Notes under the pieces: model-generated | The model's database searches: none | Told to the model about the DNA's origin: nothing | The model's input: the letters and a program-made list of their open reading frames with translations, nothing else | From: an uncultured bacterium | GTDB lineage: Bacteria > Zixibacteria > MSB-5A5 > GN15 > FEB-12 | DNA length: 40,204 bases | Direction: 5' to 3' | Assembly (NCBI GenBank): GCA_965372795.1 | Contig: CBDVDR010000024.1 | Location: 1 to 40,204, forward strand | Shown: positions 1-9,788 of the stretch, one piece after another | Layout of the letters: every line of letters begins with the position of its first letter | Numbering within the stretch: the first letter of the stretch is position 1 | Program-made: the position numbers and the translations under genes

Positions 1-390
1 CCCGGTAATCTCTTTTTTATTTTTTTTAAGGTGCAATGAATTAGTATTGTCATTTATAGTAATTGTTTTATCATCACCGAGAAAAAATCCATTTTGGGTA
101 ACAAAGAAATTACCATTTATGTTAATTTTTCTATCAAGCCCGATTTTTGTATAATCGAGATTTAATTGCTGGTTAATTTTATAACCTGACTGGTCATTTA
201 TTTCAGCCTCGCCCACCATGACCGACGTTAATTGGCCAATTGAGGAATCTTTTACAATTAAAGTCCAAACCTTAATTTCACCAAAAGGACGAAATTGTTC
301 AACAGTTTCAAAAGCCGGGAAACTCTTTTGAGCTGAGGCTGATAAGCTCAAGAGAATAATTATTGATAATGTCAGTATATGTTTTTTCAT
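1..390 (-). CDS. Secreted hypothetical protein, 5' part only (runs off the window start)
   Basis: My translation of the minus strand from the ATG at 390 gives MKKHILTLSIIILLSLSASAQKSFPAFETVEQFRPFGEIKVWTL..., open for 130 codons to base 1. It has a Sec-type signal peptide (ASA|Q) and starts 20 bp downstream of mtnN on the same strand. It is not in the supplied ORF track. Confidence 0.8.
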   Translation of the reverse strand, partial: MKKHILTLSIIILLSLSASAQKSFPAFETVEQFRPFGEIKVWTLIVKDSSIGQLTSVMVGEAEINDQSGYKINQQLNLDYTKIGLDRKININGNFFVTQNGFFLGDDKTITINDNTNSLHLKKNKKEITG

Positions 391-410
391 AGAATTAGAT
401 TAAACCATAT

Positions 411-1154
411 CTATAGTTTACAGTCAACCAATTTTGTATTCTTATCTATATTCAATTTTGATTCATCTGATAACATTTTTGATACAAGATTAAAGGTAAA
501 GTGTGAAGCTTCATCAAGGGAAAAGATAAATTCCCCGGCAGCATTTTCAGAGGCTTTGTCAGAGATTACTCTGATAATTACAAAAGGGACCTTATTCATC
601 TGACAGACCTGGCCTACTGCCCCGCCTTCCATATCAACTGCTACGGCACCAAATTCTCTTTGCAGCCATTTAATTTTTTCAGCTGAAGAGATAAACGAGT
701 CGCCGGTTGCAATAGTGCCAACAATGAGTTGTTTTAAATTATCTTTGACAATTTCATCAAAAGCAATTGAGGCTGTTTTAATCAGTTTTTCATCAGCTTC
801 GATCATGCGGGCTAAATCAGGAATTTCACCGAGCCTGCGACCAAAGGCTGTTAGATCAACATCATATTGAACAACATAATTGGAAACTACGATATCACTG
901 ATATTTAATAATGGAACCAATCCACCGGCTAAACCGGTGAAAATGATTTTGTCCACCCCAAAACGATCAATTAGAAGTTGTGTAACAACCGCGGCGTTTA
1001 CTTTCCCAACCCCGCTTTTTAACAGGATTATTTTTTCATTATATAATTGTCCAAAATGAAATTCAATCCCGGCTTGTATTACAACTTGCTCGATCTCAAC
1101 TTTAGACTTAAAAAGCTGTAATTCTTCTTCTATGGCACTGATTATTCCGATCAT
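411..1154 (-). CDS. mtnN: 5'-methylthioadenosine/S-adenosylhomocysteine nucleosidase
   Basis: Motifs IGIISAIEEE, SGVGKVNAA, FTGLAGG, GTIATGDSF, VDMEGGAVGQVC and RVISDKA are typical of MtnN/Pfs. Confidence 0.92.
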   Translation of the reverse strand: MIGIISAIEEELQLFKSKVEIEQVVIQAGIEFHFGQLYNEKIILLKSGVGKVNAAVVTQLLIDRFGVDKIIFTGLAGGLVPLLNISDIVVSNYVVQYDVDLTAFGRRLGEIPDLARMIEADEKLIKTASIAFDEIVKDNLKQLIVGTIATGDSFISSAEKIKWLQREFGAVAVDMEGGAVGQVCQMNKVPFVIIRVISDKASENAAGEFIFSLDEASHFTFNLVSKMLSDESKLNIDKNTKLVDCKL

Positions 1155-1213
1155 ATAAGCCCTTTTTAAAAGATATATTGCTTATATCGGGTTATTTAGA
1201 AGAATCAACTGTT

Positions 1214-1987
1214 CTATTTTTGAACAGTAATAATTAGATCACGCGAAGTTTTAGTATATTTTTTTGTTAGTAACAGGTCTGAATATTTTTGGGCTTTACT
1301 GAATTTACAAGATTTTAAAACTCGAGTAACTTCACTGACAGAAAAGTTATCAAAATCGTGTCTAAAAACTTCAAACGCAGGCGGAGTTTGATTGGTATCA
1401 ATTCTTACTACATAGACAAAAAACTTTTTGCGATGTCGTTCTGAATAACGGACATAAACAAGGCCGTTATTGTTAGTAGCTTTAATCGGGAATAGTTTGC
1501 CCTCTTCCAAAGTCACATAGTTTAACATCTGCAAAACGAGATGACCACCCGGTTTAAGAACCGAATTAAAGTTACTAAAGGTCTTCCACAATTCAGCCTC
1601 GGTGTGAACTCCGCTAATACTATTGGCAAGGCAAACGACCAAATCAAATTTATTATGGAATTTTTTGGAAAGCTTTTCAAATTCACCGTAACTGAATGTC
1701 AAGGGGTAGCCGGAATCTTGATATTTGCCTTTTGCAACAGCCAGCATTTTACGGGATCTGTCCAAACCAACGGTTTTTATACCTTCCTTTGCAAATAACA
1801 TCGAAGTCAATCCGGTAGCACAACCAGCATCTAAAACTGACTCCGGTTTAAACATTTTTATAATCGCATTGACTTCTTTGGCATGATATTTCACCCGTTG
1901 ATCGGCATTGGTTATCAAGTCATATTCGTGGGCATATTTTTCAAAAACAGAAACGTCTGATTTTTTTTTCATCTTAATTTTGTTCAA
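1214..1987 (-). CDS. Class I SAM-dependent methyltransferase
   Basis: Motif I VLDAGCATG, GLDRSRKML, FDLVVCLANS and LKPGGHLVL. The true start may be the second Met (MKKKSD, about 1972). Confidence 0.88.
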   Translation of the reverse strand: MNKIKMKKKSDVSVFEKYAHEYDLITNADQRVKYHAKEVNAIIKMFKPESVLDAGCATGLTSMLFAKEGIKTVGLDRSRKMLAVAKGKYQDSGYPLTFSYGEFEKLSKKFHNKFDLVVCLANSISGVHTEAELWKTFSNFNSVLKPGGHLVLQMLNYVTLEEGKLFPIKATNNNGLVYVRYSERHRKKFFVYVVRIDTNQTPPAFEVFRHDFDNFSVSEVTRVLKSCKFSKAQKYSDLLLTKKYTKTSRDLIITVQK

Positions 1988-2025
1988 TCTTTTTATTTTT
2001 AAAGAACAATTCTTTTAGCATTTTG

Positions 2026-3078
2026 TCAAGGGTGGACGTAATCTCCACTGGTAACAGACGGCATAAATCTCATGTATTGTTCATTGGTAACCGTGTTTTC
2101 CCATGGTCCCCAGGTCTTTGCAACTAACAAAGAACCCCAGAAGAATATAACCAGCATAGCCGCCCACTTGAGAGAAGATAGCTTATTTGACTTGGTAACA
2201 ATGCTAATTTCCAAGGTTTTATTTACCGGACAACTATCAACGCATGCCATGCAAGCGGTACATTCATCGGATACGACCTGTTTTACTTTGTCGACTTTAA
2301 TAAAGGATGGGCACACATTCGCACAGGTGGAACAGTCGATACAGCTTTTCTCATTCCGGATAATGCGAGTAGGAGAAAATAACCCTAAAAATCCAAGGAG
2401 GGCTCCATAAGGACAAAAATAACGACACCAGAATCCCCTGATAACGAGTGATAATATGAATAAGAAAGTGATTACGGTGAGTGAAAGAGTTGTGATATCA
2501 GTAAAGAATTGAAGCATCAAAATATCAGACATAATATTATATTCGGTGTAAATGAATGATCTGATTGAGTCGGATGACATCTGATAGAGAATCATATACA
2601 AAAATAATACCAAAAGAATATATTTTATAGAACGCAAAAAGTAATCAAGCCATTTTGGTGGAACAATCCGGCGTTTGAATATTTTGTCAGAGATATCACC
2701 TAAAAGTTCAGAGACAAAACCTACCGGACAGACCCAGGAACAAAAACCTTTTTTAAAAAGAAAGGCAGACAGCAAGATAATACTAAATATGATCATCCCG
2801 GATGGATGAATTTCATTGATGATTCCGGTTTCTATCCAATATCGCAAGGATACAAGCGATCCAATCGGCAGCCAGCTTTCAACACCCGGAGGACGGGGAA
2901 CATCAAAAAGCCTCCCCCCGCTTTTAATGAAATTTACAAACAAGTAGAATTGCAAACCTATCCAAATATTGATAATTACAGAAAACAATTGAACGTAAAA
3001 TCTCATTTTTTGGTTAGGATTAGCATTTTGTGTCGTTTGCCTAAAATCCTGATTATCTGTTTTCTTTGCAGTTTCCAT
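2026..3078 (-). CDS. Membrane 4Fe-4S binding protein (NapH/MauN/YccM-like polyferredoxin)
   Basis: Several TM helices, two CxxxCP motifs (CSWVCPVG, CRYFCPYG) and two CxxCxxCxxxCP clusters (CIDCSTCANVCP, CTACMACVDSCP). Confidence 0.88.
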   Translation of the reverse strand: METAKKTDNQDFRQTTQNANPNQKMRFYVQLFSVIINIWIGLQFYLFVNFIKSGGRLFDVPRPPGVESWLPIGSLVSLRYWIETGIINEIHPSGMIIFSIILLSAFLFKKGFCSWVCPVGFVSELLGDISDKIFKRRIVPPKWLDYFLRSIKYILLVLFLYMILYQMSSDSIRSFIYTEYNIMSDILMLQFFTDITTLSLTVITFLFILSLVIRGFWCRYFCPYGALLGFLGLFSPTRIIRNEKSCIDCSTCANVCPSFIKVDKVKQVVSDECTACMACVDSCPVNKTLEISIVTKSNKLSSLKWAAMLVIFFWGSLLVAKTWGPWENTVTNEQYMRFMPSVTSGDYVHP

Positions 3079-3352
3079 CTATATTTCTCCAAAAATTTCT
3101 TTAGAAGATATTAAAAAACTAACAAAACAATAACATTGATTTTAGTCAACAGCAAATATATAAGACTATTTACGTCTCGTATCTTTTTAGGATAACAACT
3201 TAAACTTTACATATAGTACATATGCTGTTGTCATTCATATAGATAACTGGCCATCTAAACTTGTATAACGTTTTCATGTAATGATTGTCATTATTTGACA
3301 GTCGTGGAATTGTTTTGTTCAAAAACAGGGCATAAAAGTAGGAAAATTTTTC

Positions 3353-3380
3353 TTGACAATATATTTTAAATTACTATTAT
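3353..3380 (+). promoter_or_regulatory. Putative sigma70 promoter of the 1938-aa gene
   Basis: TTGACA (3353-3358), 16-bp spacer, TATTAT (3375-3380). An SD-like GGAGG lies at 3493-3497. Confidence 0.5.
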
Positions 3381-3507
3381 TTAAGCAGTTACAAAATAAT
3401 AATACTACAGATAAAAAATGCTTTGGCAAAATAATTGTTAATAAAAACCTCATAATAGAAGGAATAATCCATTTAGGACGATTGGTTATTCCGGAGGATT
3501 AAGTAAT

Positions 3508-6500
3508 ATGATGTTAGGTAATCATTTTCTTTTCCCGTTCATTTATAGAAAATTGAAGTTTATCGCTTTAATTTTATTAATTCTATTTTCATTTACATCA
3601 AATGCAAGCGCTGTTGAATTAACTACTGCCGAACCTGTTTATGAACTGGGACAATCGTTAACCATACTTGGGACAGAGTTTTGGAACGGCGAAATAGTTA
3701 CTCTTGAAATCCGGTATACCGATGGAACAAAATACGACACCTGGCAAATTACTACTACGACTGACGGTTCATTTGATTCTCCCTGGGATGTTCCTATAGA
3801 TTACACTTTACCAGACACTTTGATAGTATATTCCTCCGGTGATCTTTCCGGTCTTAACGCAGTCACGACTATTACAGCCAGTAAAAAATTACTACATCAA
3901 TTACAAAACGGAACTACCTCTTCAACTCCTGAATGGGCAAATGGAAATATCAATGTAACTAACTCCTGCTATAGTGAAGGTAATGGCGTTCCCTATCGGT
4001 ATTTTGTGAAAGATCAAGAAAGTGGTGACTCTCACTATTTCACAATTAATGCTCAGGCGACTAAGGCTTATTTACACACTTTTGATTATTTTACTGATTA
4101 TGATATTTCTGAATCTACACCAATATCAACAATCGGTGGTGTTTGTTCTCCTACTTCTGCAGCTCCTCCGGTTGATTGTGCCTCTCCGACCGGTACCTTT
4201 GCTTTCCCTGATCCAACAATAAATGGAAATCACATTTCAATTCCTGCCAGTTTGTCTGATATTGTTAGTGGTACTTTTAATATTGATGGTCCGAGAAATC
4301 TTTCATTTTACAATGTCGTCATAGATTCTGTCAGCAAATATTTTTATACAGGAACTGCAGCTGATCAGGATTTAAATTTAACTGTCTACTTTACTGTTAT
4401 CAACAATGGTTCAGTTGGTTTTTTCTGGAGTGGACACCTTGCTGAAGGCACTTCTGACACCTGGGGTATAGGTAACGGTTCAGCCTCTGTTGGTGGAGCT
4501 CCCTACCATTTTAGCGTTAAGGATTTTGACGGATCAGGTAGCGGCAATCAGGATCGATCTGTTCAAGGTGCAACAATCTGTTTGCCACCAGTCCTTACAA
4601 TTGAATGTTCATCTTTAGATTCAATATGTCAAAATGTTATAGCAGTCTGTTCTGTCGCAGTAGGCGCCGATTCTTATAATTGGACTGTCACAGGCGGTAC
4701 AATAATCAGCGGTCAAGGTACAGAGAGAATTGAATATTCAACTTCTGCGGCTCCGGGTTCATTGGTAGAGGTATCGGTTGAAGCCTGTAACAGCAGCGGC
4801 TGTGATGATGATCACTGTTGTGCAATCGAGACGGTAAGTATTCCGGTTGGTGAATGTTTCCCGTGTGTTGTAACATTAACCTGTCCACCTGACACAACAA
4901 TTAATTGCGGTGAATCACTTGACCCGAATGATCTGGGTTGGGTTACTTATACTACTACCGGTGATTGTCCTGATTTAGAAATCGAATATGTTGATCATGA
5001 AATCTTTTACAAGTGGCCTCCGGTCTGCCCGACTATTAAAACTTATGCCAGGACCTGGAAAGTAAAAGATCATTTCTTAAATATTTACGAGACCTGTGAA
5101 CAGATAATTCACATAGTTGATACTATTGCTCCAAGTTTCACTGGGTGTCCATCAGATACTACGGTAGAATGCGATGCTATCCCTGCGGTTGCCAATGTTA
5201 CAGCAAGCGATTTATGTTTCCCACCGGTTGTGACATTTGCAGAAACCACAACACCAGGTAACTGCAGCAGTAATTATCTTATCACCAGAACCTGGACGGC
5301 AGTTGACACCTGCGGAAACACTTCTATATGTGAACAGGTAATCACAGTGGTTGACACATCCCCACCTGTCATTGCTGATTGTCCTATAGATTTAACTGTG
5401 GAATGTACCAATATTCCAACCGCTCCGGTATTGACCGCAACTGACAATTGTGATGCGGCCCCAGTGGTCAACTTTAGTGAAACAACAACTCCTGGGAATT
5501 GTGACGGTGCTTCTACTATCACCCGCATTTGGACTGCTACTGATGAATGTGGAAACAGTTCAAATTGTACTCAAGTAATTACAGTAGTTGATACCACTCC
5601 GCCTGTCTTTGTTGAAACCTGTCCTGAGGATATAACTCTTGAATGTTCTGCTACCCTTCCAACTCCGCCAACAATCACCGCTATTGACAATTGCGATACT
5701 ACTACTATCAATGTAGCGCTAATAGAATCCTCTGCTCCGGGTCCAAATCCTGGTGAGACAATTATAACTCGCATCTGGGTTGCGACTGATGACTGTGGTA
5801 ACTCTGTAAGTTGTTCACAGACAATTAATCGTACTGAAGATAACACTCCTCCAACATTTGTTGAAGGATGTCCTGCAGATGTAACTGTTGATTGTTCTCA
5901 GATTCCTGGTGCTGTGACATTGACAGCAGATGATAATTGCGATCCAAATCCAGTAGTTGATTATTCTGAATCAACAACTCCGGGTAATTGTGTTGGTAAT
6001 TATATAATTACCAGAATCTGGACAGCCACAGACATTAGCGGCAATTCGGTATCCTGTACACAAATAGTAACGGTACAAGATACAACCGCGCCAACGATTA
6101 CATCTTGTCCGACAGATATCACTTTACAGTGTGATGCTGATATTCCAGACCCTGACGTTAATGGAGTAATTGCCACCGATTGTGGCAATATAACAGTGAC
6201 AGTAGAACGGACTAATAATGGCGGTTTAGGTTGTGTAGGAAATGCTCTTATAATTACTGACACTTATACTGTGACTGATGATTGCGGTAATTCATCTGAA
6301 TGCAGCAACACAATTACAGTTGAAGATAATATCTCCCCTGTTTGTGATCTACCTAATGACACGACAATAGTACTGTGTGACTCGGCAACAATTTGTTTAC
6401 CGGTCGGTGGAACAGATAATTGTTCTTCTGAGGTAACATGTGAATTGGTGAGTAACGAGGGTGCGATTATTAATGGTGAGTGGTGTTATCTGGCTGCTAA

Positions 6501-9324
6501 TAAATCAGACGTTGTAACGGTTCAGGTACGATGTCTTGACGAATGCGGTAATGAATGCCTTGGCAGTTTCACCGTAACCTTTGAAGTTAATACCAAGCCA
6601 ATTGTAGATGTAGTTCCACTTGACCCGGTAACAGTATGTCTTGTTGGTGATTCAATTTGTACCCAGTTAATAATTAATGATCCGGGTAATGGAATTTCAA
6701 TTACAACTACCAATGGCTGGGTTCATTTATACGACAGCACGGTGTGCTTTAGTGTTGATGACACATCAGGCACTTACTGCAATACCGTAATCGTTACTGA
6801 TAGCTGTGGGCTTGCAGATACCGTCAGTTATTGTGTAGAGGTAAGCTTGTGTGATGAACTTACTTTGGCACCTGATAATAATATTGATATAGGTAAGAGT
6901 TGTATCATAATAGTTGACGAAATTGTTCCACTGCCTGAAATAACCGGCGGATGCGGCCCTTATACCTGGAAAGTAAACGGAACAAGTTTTGATCCAAATA
7001 CGCCAATTCTTTACAATGTTGCGGCCTGTACACAAATAAACGAATCCTGGATTTTTGAAGTAAAAGATGTTTGTAATAGAGTGGCAACCTCAACTGTTTC
7101 AATTACCGGATCAGTTAATTGTGCACCAAATGTAACATTAGATGCAGCGGATTCATATACCCTTTGCGCTCCGGGTGAGGAAATTTGTTTTAGCGGTACA
7201 ATTCACTCCACAAATGGCATACTTGAAAATGATATTGTTACAATTGAAATAATTTCGGGTCCACCTAGCGCCACAGCCGTATTCCCTAATTTCTGTTTCT
7301 ACCCCGACACAAGCGGAGCCTACGAATTCTTAGTCTTGATAACCGATGATTGTGGGTCAGTTTTAATGCTCTCTGATACAATAAACGTTGAAATTATTCC
7401 ACCGATTATTGTACCTAATGCATCTTTTGAAGGATTCCTCTGTCAACCGGGATGGATTGCCTTCCCGCTTCCAATTCCAACCCAGGGTATTCCTTCTATG
7501 TGGATTTATGAAGAAGATCTCGTTGCAGAAGATTCTATTTATGTCGAAGCGATGGTTTCCGGTACTTATACTTTTGAGTTTGCAGTAATTGACAGTTGTG
7601 GAAATCTTGATTCATCAACGGTAACAATAGATATAACTGTAAATGACAAACCAATTGTTATAGCAGGCGGTTCCGGCTATGAATCATTTACCGCTTGTAA
7701 TTTCCCTGAAACATTCTGTGTTCCTTTGGAAATAGAAAACGAACTTGGAGGTCTTACGGTTTCCAGTCAAATTGGCACTCTCAATCTTGTGGCGGGCATC
7801 GTTTGTATCGAAGTAACCGAACCGGGTACATATTGTGATCGTATTATCGCTGTTGACAGTTGCGGAGCAGCTGACACGGCTGATTATTGTATTGAAGTCA
7901 TATTTGAAGGTTCCTGTATATGTCCATCTGTTACTATTGAGAAAACTCATAATAGTTTCCAGGGACAATATCAGGATGTGTCAATTTTTGTGGAAGACCT
8001 GTTATATGAAATTGGCGGTTTTGATTTCTTGATTCAGTATGATGCTTCGGTATTGAGTTTCTCAAGCGCGGCAGCCGGAGATATGCTATCCAATTGCGGC
8101 TGGGAATATTTCACTTACCGATATGGAGCTAACGGCAACTGTGGTAACAGTGGTTGTCCGACTGGAATTATTAGATTAAATGCCATGGCTGAGATTAACA
8201 ATGGCGATGTCCATCCGGGATGTTTCAGCACTTCAGCCGGTGACCTTGCCGTCTTAACATTCCTGATCTCAAATGACCGAACTTATGAATGTCAATACGT
8301 TCCGATGAGATTTATCTGGTACGATTGTGGTGACAATGCATTCTCAGACCGGTCCGGTGACACTCTATATATTGGTAAAGAAGTTTATGATTTTAACATC
8401 GAAGGTCCGATAACTAATGTCGGTGCTTCATTCCCGTCATTATTAGGTCCAAACACTACCTGTAATATTATGTTAAATGACGGTAAACCGGATCCTATTC
8501 GTTGTATCGACTTCTTTAACGGAGGAATTGACATTGTATGTGCCGATTCAATTGATGGTCGCGGTGATATCAACTTAAACGAAATCGACTATGAGATTTC
8601 AGATGCGGTTCTGTTCTCAAATTACTTTGTCTACGGCCTTAGCGTTTTTGATAAAAATGTTGAAGGACAGATAGCGGCAAGTGATGTAAACGCTGATGGC
8701 ATATCATTATCAGTAGCTGATCTGGTATATCTGATCAGAGTTGTTGTTGGTGATGCCCAACCATTTCCAAAACTAACTCCGACAACTACGATTCTTCGAT
8801 ATGGAGACGGTAAATTTAATGTCAGCGATAAAGTCGGTGCGGCTTATATCGTTGTCAGCGGTAACAACACTCCAGACCTGCTTGCCGACAACATGGAAAT
8901 GAAGTACAACTATGATTCTGAATATGATGTGACTCGTATTCTTGTTCATAGTTTTGAACCTGATCAGGAATTCCAGGGTGAATTCCTTGCAACTGAAGGC
9001 GACATTGTCAGTGTTGAAATGGCTTCCTACTTCGGAACTCCGATTGATGCCAAACTGGTTCCGAATCAGTTTGCCTTGCATCAGAACTATCCTAACCCGT
9101 TCAACCCGGTAACAACAATTAGTTTTGAATTATCAAAGGCAGCTCAATTCAATATTGTAATCTACAATGTAACCGGTCAAAAGGTCGCCAACTTCAGCGG
9201 CTATAACGAAGCCGGGCAACACGAGATTGTGTGGGATGCGACTGATGCCGCCAGTGGAGTGTACTTCTACAAACTACAGTCCGGTGATTTCACGGATGTC
9301 AAGAAAATGATATTGTTGAAATAG
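3508..9324 (+). CDS. Giant Cys-rich secreted protein: HYR/Ig-like repeats, cohesin-like domain, dockerin-like domain and T9SS/FlgD-Ig-type C-terminal sorting domain (putative scaffoldin)
   Basis: Signal peptide (ASA|VE) and HYR-like repeats. Cohesin-like segment VSIFVEDLLYEIGGFDFLIQYDASVLSF (about 7921-8540). Dockerin-like RGDINLNEIDYEISDAV...SDVNADGISLSVADLVYLI (about 8557-8770). C-terminal FALHQNYPNPFNPVTTISF...SGVYFYKLQSGDFTDVKKMILLK (9061-9324). Confidence 0.85.
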   Translation: MMLGNHFLFPFIYRKLKFIALILLILFSFTSNASAVELTTAEPVYELGQSLTILGTEFWNGEIVTLEIRYTDGTKYDTWQITTTTDGSFDSPWDVPIDYTLPDTLIVYSSGDLSGLNAVTTITASKKLLHQLQNGTTSSTPEWANGNINVTNSCYSEGNGVPYRYFVKDQESGDSHYFTINAQATKAYLHTFDYFTDYDISESTPISTIGGVCSPTSAAPPVDCASPTGTFAFPDPTINGNHISIPASLSDIVSGTFNIDGPRNLSFYNVVIDSVSKYFYTGTAADQDLNLTVYFTVINNGSVGFFWSGHLAEGTSDTWGIGNGSASVGGAPYHFSVKDFDGSGSGNQDRSVQGATICLPPVLTIECSSLDSICQNVIAVCSVAVGADSYNWTVTGGTIISGQGTERIEYSTSAAPGSLVEVSVEACNSSGCDDDHCCAIETVSIPVGECFPCVVTLTCPPDTTINCGESLDPNDLGWVTYTTTGDCPDLEIEYVDHEIFYKWPPVCPTIKTYARTWKVKDHFLNIYETCEQIIHIVDTIAPSFTGCPSDTTVECDAIPAVANVTASDLCFPPVVTFAETTTPGNCSSNYLITRTWTAVDTCGNTSICEQVITVVDTSPPVIADCPIDLTVECTNIPTAPVLTATDNCDAAPVVNFSETTTPGNCDGASTITRIWTATDECGNSSNCTQVITVVDTTPPVFVETCPEDITLECSATLPTPPTITAIDNCDTTTINVALIESSAPGPNPGETIITRIWVATDDCGNSVSCSQTINRTEDNTPPTFVEGCPADVTVDCSQIPGAVTLTADDNCDPNPVVDYSESTTPGNCVGNYIITRIWTATDISGNSVSCTQIVTVQDTTAPTITSCPTDITLQCDADIPDPDVNGVIATDCGNITVTVERTNNGGLGCVGNALIITDTYTVTDDCGNSSECSNTITVEDNISPVCDLPNDTTIVLCDSATICLPVGGTDNCSSEVTCELVSNEGAIINGEWCYLAANKSDVVTVQVRCLDECGNECLGSFTVTFEVNTKPIVDVVPLDPVTVCLVGDSICTQLIINDPGNGISITTTNGWVHLYDSTVCFSVDDTSGTYCNTVIVTDSCGLADTVSYCVEVSLCDELTLAPDNNIDIGKSCIIIVDEIVPLPEITGGCGPYTWKVNGTSFDPNTPILYNVAACTQINESWIFEVKDVCNRVATSTVSITGSVNCAPNVTLDAADSYTLCAPGEEICFSGTIHSTNGILENDIVTIEIISGPPSATAVFPNFCFYPDTSGAYEFLVLITDDCGSVLMLSDTINVEIIPPIIVPNASFEGFLCQPGWIAFPLPIPTQGIPSMWIYEEDLVAEDSIYVEAMVSGTYTFEFAVIDSCGNLDSSTVTIDITVNDKPIVIAGGSGYESFTACNFPETFCVPLEIENELGGLTVSSQIGTLNLVAGIVCIEVTEPGTYCDRIIAVDSCGAADTADYCIEVIFEGSCICPSVTIEKTHNSFQGQYQDVSIFVEDLLYEIGGFDFLIQYDASVLSFSSAAAGDMLSNCGWEYFTYRYGANGNCGNSGCPTGIIRLNAMAEINNGDVHPGCFSTSAGDLAVLTFLISNDRTYECQYVPMRFIWYDCGDNAFSDRSGDTLYIGKEVYDFNIEGPITNVGASFPSLLGPNTTCNIMLNDGKPDPIRCIDFFNGGIDIVCADSIDGRGDINLNEIDYEISDAVLFSNYFVYGLSVFDKNVEGQIAASDVNADGISLSVADLVYLIRVVVGDAQPFPKLTPTTTILRYGDGKFNVSDKVGAAYIVVSGNNTPDLLADNMEMKYNYDSEYDVTRILVHSFEPDQEFQGEFLATEGDIVSVEMASYFGTPIDAKLVPNQFALHQNYPNPFNPVTTISFELSKAAQFNIVIYNVTGQKVANFSGYNEAGQHEIVWDATDAASGVYFYKLQSGDFTDVKKMILLK
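4870..6590 (+). repeat. Tandem in-frame HYR-like Cys-rich protein repeats (about 7 units of roughly 78-83 aa)
   Basis: Unit D(T/N)xxPxxxxCPxDxT(V/L)xC...(A)xDNC...ITR(I/T)WTAxDxCGNxxxCxQxITV. Unit starts at 5119, 5353, 5590, 5839, 6079 and 6325 (spacings 234-249 bp, all multiples of 3). Confidence 0.85.
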
Positions 9325-9336
9325 ATTATTTGATAT

Positions 9337-9367
9337 AAAAAAAAACCGCTCTTTAGCGGGTTTTTTT
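9337..9367. terminator. Intrinsic terminator, possibly bidirectional
   Basis: A9-CCGCT-CTTT-AGCGG-G-T7 just after the stop codon at 9324. Confidence 0.75.
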
Positions 9368-9374
9368 GTGTCTA

Positions 9375-9560
9375 TTAATTAAAATTAGGATCGTTTTTTT
9401 CAATTGCAATACCCAAAATTGCAATCGCTATAACACCAACAAGAATTATAAAACTTAGTTGTATCTCAGAATTCTGTGTATTCATATATAAGCGAGCAAG
9501 CCCAATAGAATTGCGGTGAAGCCGCCGATTAAAGAAATGGTTTGTTTTTCTTTGATCCTA
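9375..9560 (-). pseudogene. Possible small membrane-protein gene or frameshifted remnant
   Basis: ORF 9485..9375 encodes MNTQNSEIQLSFIILVGVIAIAILGIAIEKNDPNFN (one TM helix). An overlapping upstream frame with no start codon encodes KEKQTISLIGGFTAILLGLLAYI* (a second TM helix) and meets it at a TATATATGA junction. Confidence 0.3.
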
Positions 9561-9745
9561 CTTCTGTTCGATAAGCATTTTGTTCAATGTATTGATCTGT
9601 TGATCTATGCACAATTATTCTCTAACCCTCAAAGTTGAGTCATCGAATATTTTCTTTAAATACATACTTAACAATTGCGCAAATATTCAATATTAAAGAC
9701 ATGGATAAACAGAATGTATTGTTTTTTAATTTTAGAATAAGAAAT

Positions 9746-9775
9746 AAAAAAAGCGCGGTATTAACCGCGCCTTTT
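9746..9775 (-). terminator. Intrinsic terminator of the M12B-like peptidase gene
   Basis: GCGCGGT-ATTA-ACCGCGC hairpin (9753-9770) with an A-run on the left, read as a U-tract on the minus strand, about 20 bp past the stop at 9789. Confidence 0.8.
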
Positions 9776-9788
9776 ATATTTCACTGCT

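Noticed and set aside
3420..3500. GGCAAA...GGACG in the scaffold leader as a possible c-di-GMP-I riboswitch
   Set aside because: I could not form the required P2 stem with a GNRA loop or find the downstream GCAAA element.
4870..6590. Regularly spaced ~240-bp repeats as a possible CRISPR array, DGR template or DNA repeat
   Set aside because: The units are in-frame, diverged at synonymous positions and conserved only at protein level. No reverse transcriptase or cas genes are present.
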